Of a stretch of 64,000 bases of DNA, positions 19,482 to 28,230 are shown piece by piece. The DNA is taken from the NCBI GenBank assembly GCA_965223545.1, contig OZ245006.1, positions 7,392,001-7,456,000 of the forward strand. The letters are read 5' to 3'. The DNA is from Planctomycetota bacterium. GTDB lineage: Bacteria; Planctomycetota; UBA1135; UBA2386. Each line of letters opens with the position of its first letter. The stretch's first letter is position 1. A program made the translations under genes and the position numbers. The notes under the pieces are model-generated. The model did not search any database. It was not told the origin of the DNA and saw only the letters and a program-made list of their open reading frames with translations.

Positions 19482-21707
19482 TCAGCGCCCGGCCTCCGCC
19501 TGGGCTGCCGCCGGCAGCTCCAAGCGAACCTCGGCGCACCACATGCCGACCGGGTCTCCGCGTTCGGTCAACGTGCGCGCCAGCACCGACGGCTGCCTTG
19601 CCAGCACTCCATCGAACAGCACGCGCGCGCGGTGACGGACCACGACGGGGCGATCGAGATCGAGCATCGCGTCGTCCAAGCGAACGCTGACGGAAGCGAC
19701 ACCGGTGGCTTCGAGAATCGCGATCTCCTGTCCGCGGCGCTCGACGACGAGCCGGCTGCCCGCGACGGGCTCATCCACCGACAGCCAGTAGAAGCGGCGG
19801 TGCGTGCGGCGCCCCTGCTGCCAAACCACGCGCGTCGGCCGCAGCTCTCGACGGCGCTCGGCCATCCAGGGCAATGCAGTCGCGTCGTCGCCGTCCATCC
19901 AGTGGCCCTTGCCCGCGTGGATCTCGACCCAGTGGTCGTATCCCTCGGGATCGGCGGCACGCAGCTGCGCCAGCTGGTCGCGCCACTGCGCCGCCACCGC
20001 GTTGCGCTTGTAGGCGCTGTCGTCGGCGCCCATGTGCAGAGTGAAGGCCGTGTTGCGCAAGGACGCGGGCCGGGCGTCGTTGGGATGGCCGGCCATCATC
20101 GCTGCCGCGGCCCAGCGATCGGCCATGCGCGGCGCCAGCTGGTAGACGCCGTCGCCGCCCGCCGAGTAGCCCATCAGATAGACGCGGTCGGGGTCGACGC
20201 CGTGCAGGGCGACCATGTTCTCGATCAAGCGGTCGAACAGGACGTCGATGTGGTCGCGGTGCCAGAGGTTCCAGGTGTCGGTCGGTGCGCGGGGCGCGAC
20301 GTAGATGCCTTCGGGCGGGGCGTACAGCTTCTGTTGGTTGGCCCACTGGCGGTCGTTCACCGCCGCCGGAGCGCCGCCGCCACCGTGCAGGGACAGCCAC
20401 AGGCTGCGCCCGTTGGGTCCGGGCTCGCCGCGCGTGGTGAACCAGAACGGCATCCGGTGCTCGCCGTGCGTCAGCGCGCCGGCCTCCATCTCGGCCTGGC
20501 GCTCGCGCCGCAGCCGCGCGACGTGGTCGGTCCACAGCGACTCCTTCTCGGTCTCGGCCTCGGCGCGCGTCAGCCCGGGTTTCAGCCGCAACGCGACCAG
20601 CTGTTGGTCCGACTCGACGACCACGGTCTGCGCCGCGGCCACGCCCGGACCGCTCGCCTCGATCATGACCTCTGCGCCGAGCGGCAGCGTCGTCTCGACG
20701 TGGTCGTTGGCGTCGAATCGCTCGTCCTTGCTCTCGCCGGCGAACAGCAGACGGCCGTCGCCGGCGGAGTGCACGGTCACCGGTACCCGGCGGCGGCGCC
20801 CGTCCGCCGGGTCGGTGACGACCACGCGCACCCGCGCGTGACCGTCGGCAACCGCCGCCGCGTCCCTGGTGTAGCGCTCGGTGACGTTGATTCCGTACAC
20901 CTCGCTGGCGCCGCGCCGCCACACCAGGGGGAAGCGCTGCGGCGTCGGCACGTAGCTCGTGGCGAAGATCCCGTAGCGCTCGGAGTCGGCGCGCGCGTCG
21001 GCGGCGCGGCTGACGAACCACGCGCGGTCGAGTTCGTCGCCGGTCGGTTCCGCCGCGCCGGTGAAGTGCCAGCCACGGTCCCAGATCTCCACCCAGGAGT
21101 GGTTGCCGCTGTCGTCCGACCACCGCGGCGTGCCGACGAAGCGCGCCGGAACGCCGACCGCGCGGCAGGCGCTGATCAGCAGCACCGACAGACCGGTGCA
21201 GGATGCCATGCCGGCTTCGATCGATTCGTACGGACTCTGGTCGGCCTTCGGCCGTTTCGTCGAGTAGTGCACGCCGAGCTCGTCGAAGATCCGCTGGTTG
21301 AGCAGCACGGCCGCGGCGGCCGGCGTCTCGGCCTCGGCGACCAGCGGGTGAAAGCGCTCGTAGAAGTCGCGGCGCCAGGCGTCGCGCCGCTCGCCGATGT
21401 TGGCGTAGGGCAGCACGTACTCGAAGAAGTAACGCTCGGGCACCTCGTCGGACCACGGCGCCGCCCGCCACGCGCGGTAGGCGAACTGCACGTGCTCGAC
21501 GAGGAAGTCCGCGGTGAGCGTGCGCAGGTCGGTCTCCGGCATGTGCCGCAGCAAGAACTCGAGCCCGGGGCGCTCGTCATCGGCGACGCGCTCCAGCGCC
21601 GCGCGCAGCGCGGGGAGGTTGTCACCGGCGCGCTCGAGGGTCTGCTCGAGCGCGGTGGGGGACTGCGGCAGGGCGAGCGCGAGCGCGGTGAGGCTGAGCG
21701 GAAGCAT
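19482..21707 (-). CDS. Secreted transglutaminase-like / alpha-beta hydrolase (PHB-depolymerase-like) fusion
   Basis: YVLPY, ASCTG...GVPAR..GNHSWVE (TGase Cys/His); LHGGG, GYSAGG, GADD, GKGHW (hydrolase triad). Confidence 0.8.
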   Translation of the reverse strand: MLPLSLTALALALPQSPTALEQTLERAGDNLPALRAALERVADDERPGLEFLLRHMPETDLRTLTADFLVEHVQFAYRAWRAAPWSDEVPERYFFEYVLPYANIGERRDAWRRDFYERFHPLVAEAETPAAAAVLLNQRIFDELGVHYSTKRPKADQSPYESIEAGMASCTGLSVLLISACRAVGVPARFVGTPRWSDDSGNHSWVEIWDRGWHFTGAAEPTGDELDRAWFVSRAADARADSERYGIFATSYVPTPQRFPLVWRRGASEVYGINVTERYTRDAAAVADGHARVRVVVTDPADGRRRRVPVTVHSAGDGRLLFAGESKDERFDANDHVETTLPLGAEVMIEASGPGVAAAQTVVVESDQQLVALRLKPGLTRAEAETEKESLWTDHVARLRRERQAEMEAGALTHGEHRMPFWFTTRGEPGPNGRSLWLSLHGGGGAPAAVNDRQWANQQKLYAPPEGIYVAPRAPTDTWNLWHRDHIDVLFDRLIENMVALHGVDPDRVYLMGYSAGGDGVYQLAPRMADRWAAAAMMAGHPNDARPASLRNTAFTLHMGADDSAYKRNAVAAQWRDQLAQLRAADPEGYDHWVEIHAGKGHWMDGDDATALPWMAERRRELRPTRVVWQQGRRTHRRFYWLSVDEPVAGSRLVVERRGQEIAILEATGVASVSVRLDDAMLDLDRPVVVRHRARVLFDGVLARQPSVLARTLTERGDPVGMWCAEVRLELPAAAQAEAGR

Positions 21708-21789
21708 GCGGGACCGAGGATACCCGAGGCTCGGATGCGTCCGTCGCTCCGCTCGGCTATCTTGGCGCGCTGTCGTCTCGCGATCGCCC

Positions 21790-22140
21790 ATGGATGCACA
21801 AGACCTGGACCAACCCGTCGTAATCGCCGAGGGCAGCGCGCCCGAGATGGGGCGGCTCTGCGGCTTGCTGCGCGCGCAGTCGATCGCGGCGGCGCTGGTG
21901 CCCTCGAGGCGCGGATCGGGTTGAGGCACACGGGCCGGGCTCGCGGTCGCGGGCTCGTCGGCGGCCGAGGCTCTGCAGTGCCTGCGCAGCGACGAGCAGC
22001 GTGGAATGTCCGAGATCGAGCGCCTCGCCTCGGAGGTCAACGTCGACTTCGACGCCGACGAGGCGGTGTGTCCGGCGTGCGCGACGATTTTCTCGACCGC
22101 GCTGCGCCGCTGCCCCGAGTGCGACCTCAACTTCGGCTGA
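21790..22140 (+). CDS. Putative zinc-ribbon selenoprotein (in-frame TGA at 21922-21924, codon 45)
   Basis: Read-through gives 116 aa, MDAQ...PSRRGSG-U-GTRAGLAV...CPAC...CPECDLNFG. Coding-like GC3 on both sides of the TGA, and a SECIS-like hairpin follows. Confidence 0.7.
21936..21957 (+). promoter_or_regulatory. Candidate bacterial SECIS hairpin
   Basis: Stem CGGGCUCGC/GCGGGCUCG with apical loop GGUC, which starts 20 nt after the UGA. Confidence 0.6.
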
Positions 22141-22160
22141 GCGTTCGGGGGCCGAGAGTC

Positions 22161-23528
22161 TTAGCGCGGCGACGACATTCCCGAAGGCCGGTTGCCTGCC
22201 GGAGTTCGATCCCGCAACTCCCGGGCGCTGAGCTGGTCCTTCGCGATCGCCGCGCGCAAACCCCATGGACTCTTGTGCACTCGCGCCGCCAACACCCAGG
22301 TGATCGCGAAGCCGGCGAGGTAGGACAGAGCCGTGGCCTGCGCCGCGCCGACGATCCCCATGCGCGGGATCAGCACGGCGTTGGCGCCGATGTTGATCGC
22401 GGCGATCAGCATCGAGGTCAGCGACAGCAGATGGGTCTTGCGCTCGTAGAACAGGTAGCCGCTGCGCATCTTGTACATGCCGTTGAAGGCAAGGCCGAGT
22501 CCGACCCAGAGCACACAATCGGCGCCGCCGCGGAAGTCCGCGCCGATGAACCACTGATAGATCCACGGCACGACCGCCGCCAGCAGCAGGGCGGCGCCGA
22601 CGATGGCGAGGTCGTAGGCGTAGATGATCAGTACGATGCGCCGATTCTGCTCGGCATCCCGGCGGCGGATCTGCTCGCAGAACCATGGCAGCCAGCCGCG
22701 GTGGAAGGAGTCTTGCAGCAGCCCGATCACCAGGCCGATCTGCGCGGCGACCACGAACACCCCGGTCTGCTGCGAGCCGAGCAGGTTCTCGACCAGCACG
22801 CGGTCGGCGGTGCTGACCGCGAGGCCGGCCAGCGCGACCGGCAGCAGCGGCACGCCGAAGCCGAGGGCGTGGCGCATGGCGGCCGGGTCCGGCCGCCGGC
22901 GCAGGAATCCCAAGCGCTGCAGGATGCCGAGGCCCAGGGCGCAGAAGATCGCGTAGGTCGTCAGCTGCGCGACGACCCGTCCCTGCCAGCCCGTGGTGAA
23001 GCCGACGACGAGCAGCAGAGTCAGCGCCGCGTTGCAGATCGCGATGCCGATCTGGAACGCCGCGTAGCGCGTGGGCTGCACGCGCACTTGCCAGATCGCC
23101 AGCACGATGCGCGTGATCACCTGGGCGCTCGCGCACCACACGACCAACCACAGCCAGTCGGCCGTGATCTTGGTCCAGCGCTCGATCGCCGGCGCGGCCA
23201 GCCACAGGGCGGCGGCCACCAACGCCGTGCCGGCCGCCCAAAGCCAGACGCAGCTGCCGACGTAGGCGGGGAAGTCGCACTGCTCGCGGTCGTAGTAGCG
23301 CCGGGCGATCGCGTTCTGCACGCTCACCCCCGCGAAGGTCGCCGCCAAGCCGATCAGCACTTGGAACATGGCGACCGCCGCCATGTCCTCGGTGGTGAGG
23401 CAACGCGTCAGCACCGGCAGCAGCAGGAACGGCACCGCCGCGGCGATCACGTTGCTCGCGGTGTACACCCCGACGGTCTTCGAGAACCGAGAGGTCGCCC
23501 ACTGCAGCAGTACTTGTCGGTGGCTCAC
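22161..23528 (-). CDS. Oligosaccharide flippase (Wzx/MOP family)
   Basis: PFLLLPVLTR, many TM helices, FGVPL, DRVL, LIPRMGIVGAAQAT. Confidence 0.85.
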   Translation of the reverse strand: MSHRQVLLQWATSRFSKTVGVYTASNVIAAAVPFLLLPVLTRCLTTEDMAAVAMFQVLIGLAATFAGVSVQNAIARRYYDREQCDFPAYVGSCVWLWAAGTALVAAALWLAAPAIERWTKITADWLWLVVWCASAQVITRIVLAIWQVRVQPTRYAAFQIGIAICNAALTLLLVVGFTTGWQGRVVAQLTTYAIFCALGLGILQRLGFLRRRPDPAAMRHALGFGVPLLPVALAGLAVSTADRVLVENLLGSQQTGVFVVAAQIGLVIGLLQDSFHRGWLPWFCEQIRRRDAEQNRRIVLIIYAYDLAIVGAALLLAAVVPWIYQWFIGADFRGGADCVLWVGLGLAFNGMYKMRSGYLFYERKTHLLSLTSMLIAAINIGANAVLIPRMGIVGAAQATALSYLAGFAITWVLAARVHKSPWGLRAAIAKDQLSARELRDRTPAGNRPSGMSSPR

Positions 23529-23618
23529 GATCGGGCGGGGGGATCCCGCTGGTTCATCGGCCGAGGCAGGCGCCCCGGTGTAGCCAATCCGCCCCCGCGA
23601 TGGGCAGTTCGCGCGATC

Positions 23619-24056
23619 CTAGTCCGCTTCCGCCACCTCGAGCAGAGCATCGAGCGCGCCCGGGATCGTCACCGCCCGCATCCGCCCACCGTCCGCGTCC
23701 TTGCGCACGCACACCGCCGTCATCGTGCCCTGCGCAGTGCGCCGCGGGCCATCCTCACCGGCAACCGTGAAGTCGATCTCGTAGGTCACCGACGTGCGCC
23801 GCTTCGCGCGCACGCGCAAGCGCAGCTCGACCTCGTCCTCGTAGTGCAGTGGTGCCTCGTAGTGGCAGCTGGCGCTGCCGCGCGCCCAACCGACGAAGCC
23901 GTCGCCGTCGGCGTGGTGCACGCGGTGGCCGAGGGAGCGGAAGAAGGCGTGCTCGACCTCTTCCATGTAGCGGAAGTAGTTGGAGAAGTGCAGGATGCCG
24001 GCCATGTCGGTCTCGGCGAACTCGACGCGGCGGCGCATGGTGAACTCGGTCGGCAC
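23619..24056 (-). CDS. Hot-dog fold acyl-CoA thioesterase (YbgC/4HBT-like)
   Basis: RVEFAETDMAGILHFSNYFRYME signature. Confidence 0.9.
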   Translation of the reverse strand: MPTEFTMRRRVEFAETDMAGILHFSNYFRYMEEVEHAFFRSLGHRVHHADGDGFVGWARGSASCHYEAPLHYEDEVELRLRVRAKRRTSVTYEIDFTVAGEDGPRRTAQGTMTAVCVRKDADGGRMRAVTIPGALDALLEVAEAD

Positions 24057-24063
24057 GGCGGGG

Positions 24064-25404
24064 TCAGGCGTACCGCGCGTTCCGGTGCCGGTCGAGGAAG
24101 AAGCCCTGGAGTAGCGGATCCACCTGCAGCAGGCCCTGCCGGGTCAGCACCACCGCGCCCTCTTCGAGCTCGAGATGACCGCGGCTCTGGTAGTCGCGCA
24201 GCACACCGGCGAAGCGCTGCTGGGGGTCGACCCCGAACTTGTCGACGAACGGCCGGGTCTCGACGCGGCCCAGCTTCAGCTGCAGCACGAACTCGCGGAT
24301 CATCCGTTCTTCGTCGGTGAGCTGCAGGGCGCGGCGCAGCGGGAACGCGCCGGCCTCGACCGCTTGCAGGTAGTCGTCGAGGTGGTGCGCGTTCTGCACG
24401 TGGAAGCCGCCGAGGTGCGAGAACGAGGCGACGCCGATGCCGAGCATGTCGGCGCCGTGCCACAGCGCGTCGCGGTAGCGGAAGTGGACCTCGTCGCCGC
24501 GCACGGCCGTGTAGGCGCTGCCGATGCGATAGCCGTCGCGCTCCAAGGCGGCGAACGCTTCGCCGACCCAGCGGCGCTTGGTCGGCCAGTCCGCCACCGG
24601 CGCGACCTGTTGGCCGCCGTCGCGCATGCGCCGGTAGAGCGTCGTGTTGTACGGCACCTCCATCTGGTAGATGGTGATGCTCTCCGGCGCCAGCGCGCGG
24701 GCGCGCTCGACGCTGCGCGTCCAACCTTCATCCGACTCGCCGACCATGCCGGCGATCAGGTCGAGATTGCGCTGGTCGAAGCCCGCCTCGCCGGCCCACC
24801 CATAGGCGCGATCGATCTCGGCGGCGCGGTGGGCGCGGTTGTTGAGCGCCAGCAGCTCCGCATCGAAGCTCTCCACGCCCAGGCTGAGGCGGGTGACGCC
24901 GAGCTCGGCCAAGGCGTGCACCTTGCGCTCCTGCAAGGTCCCGGGTTCGCACTCGAAGGTCACTTCGCGCACCGCGTCCCACGGCATCAGCGCGCGCAGC
25001 TGCTCGAACAGCGAGCGCAGCTGGTCGACCGACAGATACGACGGCGTGCCGCCGCCGAAGTAGACGAACTCCGGCGGCCGGTCGCGCAGGTAGGGGGTCG
25101 CCGCCAGCAGGCGCAGCTCGGCGACCAAGGCGTCGACGTAGCGGTGGACGCGCGCCGAGTCGTTGTCGGTATAGACCCGGAAGTAGCAAAAATCGCAGCG
25201 CTTGCGGCAGAACGGGATGTGGACGTAGAGGCCGAACGGCGGCGGCTTCTCCGGCGCCAGCGCGAGCCGTTGGGTGGCCGCCGGCAGGGTTTCGGCGCTC
25301 CACGCCGAGAACGGCGGGTAGTTGGCGACGAAGTAGTTGCCGGCGGCGGTGGCGTCGGGCCGCGGCTGGGCCGTGTCGTGGTCGTTTTGGCTGGCTTCGG
25401 ACAT
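24064..25404 (-). CDS. HemN/HemW-like radical SAM enzyme (coproporphyrinogen III oxidase-like family)
   Basis: YVHIPFCRKRCDFC, FGGGTPS, RLSLGVESF, DLIAG, HemN_C-like end; atypical N-terminus GNYFVANYPPF. Confidence 0.88.
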   Translation of the reverse strand: MSEASQNDHDTAQPRPDATAAGNYFVANYPPFSAWSAETLPAATQRLALAPEKPPPFGLYVHIPFCRKRCDFCYFRVYTDNDSARVHRYVDALVAELRLLAATPYLRDRPPEFVYFGGGTPSYLSVDQLRSLFEQLRALMPWDAVREVTFECEPGTLQERKVHALAELGVTRLSLGVESFDAELLALNNRAHRAAEIDRAYGWAGEAGFDQRNLDLIAGMVGESDEGWTRSVERARALAPESITIYQMEVPYNTTLYRRMRDGGQQVAPVADWPTKRRWVGEAFAALERDGYRIGSAYTAVRGDEVHFRYRDALWHGADMLGIGVASFSHLGGFHVQNAHHLDDYLQAVEAGAFPLRRALQLTDEERMIREFVLQLKLGRVETRPFVDKFGVDPQQRFAGVLRDYQSRGHLELEEGAVVLTRQGLLQVDPLLQGFFLDRHRNARYA

Positions 25405-25545
25405 CGCGGCGCGCTGGATCTTAGCGTCGGTGGTACGGTTCCGGGACTCGCAGTGCGAGGCCGGCGCGCGTATCTTCCGGCGCGGCTACAGCATGCGCGC
25501 GCCCCGCGAACGGCGCGGCGCGCGTGCCAAACATACCGAAAGTTC

Positions 25546-26778
25546 GTGAATCGCTACGACGCGGCAATCATCGGCGGCGGCCCGGCGGGGGCTGCGGCAG
25601 CGCTCCTGTTGGCGCGGTCCGGGCATCGCGTCGTCGTGCTCGAGCGCGAGCGGTTCCCGCGGGTACACGTCGGCGAGTCGTTGGTGCCGGCGGTCAATCT
25701 CAGCCTGGATCGGCTCGGCGTGACCGCGGCGATGGAGAGCCTGCGCTGTCCGGCGAAGCACGGCGTGCAGTTCTTCACCCAGCGCGGCGCGGCCCGGCCG
25801 TTCTACTTTTCCGAGGTCGACGATCCCCGCATGCACACGACCTGGCAGGTCGAACGCGCTGGATTCGACGCGATGCTGCTGGACGCCGCCCGCGACGCCG
25901 GTGCCGAGGTGCGGCATGGCGTCGAGGTCGTCGCCGTGGCCGGCGCCGATGGCCGGGTCGAGGGCGTCCGCGTACGCGCGCCGGATGGCGAGCAGGAGGT
26001 CCGCGCCGGCGTCGTGGTCGACGCATCGGGTGCCTCGGGGGTCGTGGCGCGGCGGCTGGGCCAGCGCGTGCCGATCCCCGAGCTGCGCAACGCGGCGGTC
26101 TGGGCACACTACCGCGGAGCTCGCCTGGACCCGGGCATCGATGCGGGGTCGACCTTGATCTTCCGGCTCGACACCGCCGCGTGGCTGTGGTGGATCCCGT
26201 TGCCGGACGCGGTCAGCATCGGTCTGGTCGCGCCGGCGGACCGGCTGACCGAGTTCGGCAGCGAGCCGATCGCCATCCTCGAAGAGGCCATCGGCCGGAG
26301 TCCACAACTGACGGAGCGGTTGCGCACCGCCGAGCGCTGCACCGCGGCGCGGCCGGTGCGCGATTTCTCCTACGTCTCCGAGCGAGAGGGCGGACCCGGG
26401 TGGCTACTGGTCGGCGACGCCCTCGCCTTCCTCGATCCGATCTACTCGACCGGGTTGTTCCTGTCGCTGTACTCGGCGGAGCTGGCGGCGGAAGCGATCG
26501 ACGGCGCGCTGCGCACGGGCCAGCCGCTGGACTTCGACGGCTACGCGGCCGACTACCGGCGCGCGTATCGACGGTTCGAGGCGCTGGTGCGTGCCTACTA
26601 TCAAGAAGAGTTCCACTTCGGCGAGTTCGCCCGCGACGCGGAGCGGCGCCGGGGTCTGGTCGACTTGCTCAGTGGCCTGTGGGACACCGAGGCGGCGGCC
26701 GGGGTCGAGCGCGCGCTGTGGGCGCGGCACGGCACCCGGTTGGCAGCGCGGCGGCCCACCGGCACCGAGGGGTCCTGA
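25546..26778 (+). CDS. FAD-dependent oxidoreductase of the flavin halogenase family
   Basis: GGGPAG, FPRVHVGESL, Lys in PAKHG, WLWWIP, GDALAFLDPIYSTG. Confidence 0.82.
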   Translation: MNRYDAAIIGGGPAGAAAALLLARSGHRVVVLERERFPRVHVGESLVPAVNLSLDRLGVTAAMESLRCPAKHGVQFFTQRGAARPFYFSEVDDPRMHTTWQVERAGFDAMLLDAARDAGAEVRHGVEVVAVAGADGRVEGVRVRAPDGEQEVRAGVVVDASGASGVVARRLGQRVPIPELRNAAVWAHYRGARLDPGIDAGSTLIFRLDTAAWLWWIPLPDAVSIGLVAPADRLTEFGSEPIAILEEAIGRSPQLTERLRTAERCTAARPVRDFSYVSEREGGPGWLLVGDALAFLDPIYSTGLFLSLYSAELAAEAIDGALRTGQPLDFDGYAADYRRAYRRFEALVRAYYQEEFHFGEFARDAERRRGLVDLLSGLWDTEAAAGVERALWARHGTRLAARRPTGTEGS

Positions 26779-26803
26779 CGTTTCGTTGACTTGGAGTCGT
26801 GCG

Positions 26804-28189
26804 ATGAACGGTGATTGCCGCGCTGGCGCAGCCTTGCTGCCCATCCTCTGTCTGTCGGTCCTGCCGGTCGCGAACGCTCAAGACTGGCCGCACTGGCGCG
26901 GGCCGCGCTACGACGGTTGGTCGCCGGCGACTGGCCTGCCGGCCAAGTTCGATGCCGAGACCAACCTGGCGTGGCGTTGCGCCATGCCCGGCCCCGCCGC
27001 GTGCACGCCGATCGTGGTGGGCGACGCGATCTTCCTCAGCTCCGTCGATACCGAGCGCGAGCGGCTCGTCGCGATGCGGGTCGACGCGGCCACCGGCGAG
27101 ATCGTCTGGCAGCGCGATGCCGACTCGGGCTATCGGCCCGGGGAGGTGGGCAGCCGAGTCGCCGGCGGGCGGCGCAGCAACTACGCGTCGCCGTCGCCGA
27201 CGACGGATGGCGAGCGGGTCGTGTTCTTCTTCGGCAACGGCGACCTGGTGAGCTACGACTTCGACGGCGAGGAGCAGTGGCGGCGCAACGTCTGCGAGGA
27301 CTACGGCGACTTCGCGTTCCAGTGGACCTTCTCGGCGAGCCCGACGCTCTGGCGGGACATGCTGGTGCTGCCGGTGCTGCAGCGCGACGTCGAGGTGCAG
27401 CGGCGGCGGCAGCGGGGCGGTCCGCAGGCCGAGCCCGGCCGCGAGGGCATCGAGTCGTTCTTGCTCGGCTTGGATCCCGCGACGGGCGAGACCCGCTACC
27501 GGCATTTGCGCCCCTCGGATGCCCGCGTCGAGTCGCGCGAGAGCTACGCCACGCCGATCCCCTACGTCGGCGACGACGATCGCGCCGAGCTGCTCATCGT
27601 CGGCGGCGACGTGATCACCGGCCACGTGCCGGAGACCGGTGAAGAGCTGTGGCGGTGGGGGACCTGGAACGAGGCCCACCGCGAACGCTGGTGGCGCTTG
27701 GTACCCTCGCCGGTCGTCGGCGATGGCGTGGCGCTGGTGTGCGCGCCGAAGCGCGCGCCGGTGTTCGCCGTCAGGCTCGGCGGCGAGGGCTTGCAGATGC
27801 CCACCGCCAACCTGTGGCGCAGCAGCGGCCGACCCAACCCGGTGAGCAGCGACGTGCCCACGCCGGCATTCGCCGACGGACACTTCTACGTCCTGAGCGA
27901 CGTGCAGAGCGCCCTCTCCAAGGTGTCGTCCGTCGACGGAGAGGTCGTGTGGACCACCGAGCTGAGCAAGGACACCCTGTGGCGCGCGTCACCGACCATC
28001 GCGGACGGCCACGTCTACTGCATGAACCACGGCGGTGAGGTGGTGGTGGTCGACGCCGAGACCGGCGACATCACCCACCACACGGCACTCGGCGAGCCCG
28101 ACGACGATCTCACTCGATCATCGATCGTCGCCGCCCGCGGCGGCCTGTTCGTGCGCACCAACCAGGCCTTGTTCCACTTCGCCGAGTAG
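26804..28189 (+). CDS. Secreted PQQ-binding-like beta-propeller protein
   Basis: Signal peptide then QDWPHWRGP; repeated SP/TP...G..W blade motifs. Confidence 0.88.
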   Translation: MNGDCRAGAALLPILCLSVLPVANAQDWPHWRGPRYDGWSPATGLPAKFDAETNLAWRCAMPGPAACTPIVVGDAIFLSSVDTERERLVAMRVDAATGEIVWQRDADSGYRPGEVGSRVAGGRRSNYASPSPTTDGERVVFFFGNGDLVSYDFDGEEQWRRNVCEDYGDFAFQWTFSASPTLWRDMLVLPVLQRDVEVQRRRQRGGPQAEPGREGIESFLLGLDPATGETRYRHLRPSDARVESRESYATPIPYVGDDDRAELLIVGGDVITGHVPETGEELWRWGTWNEAHRERWWRLVPSPVVGDGVALVCAPKRAPVFAVRLGGEGLQMPTANLWRSSGRPNPVSSDVPTPAFADGHFYVLSDVQSALSKVSSVDGEVVWTTELSKDTLWRASPTIADGHVYCMNHGGEVVVVDAETGDITHHTALGEPDDDLTRSSIVAARGGLFVRTNQALFHFAE

Positions 28190-28230
28190 TACGGAGTCGC
28201 ACTCGATTTTCTCGCTTCGCCGCGCGCCGC

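Noticed and set aside
24064..25404. Calling this gene hemN or hemW
   Set aside because: The family fold is clear, but the atypical N-terminus and non-heme context do not support a specific symbol.
23619..28189. RiPP cluster around the radical SAM enzyme
   Set aside because: No SPASM or RRE domain and no plausible precursor peptide ORF in the short intergenic gaps.
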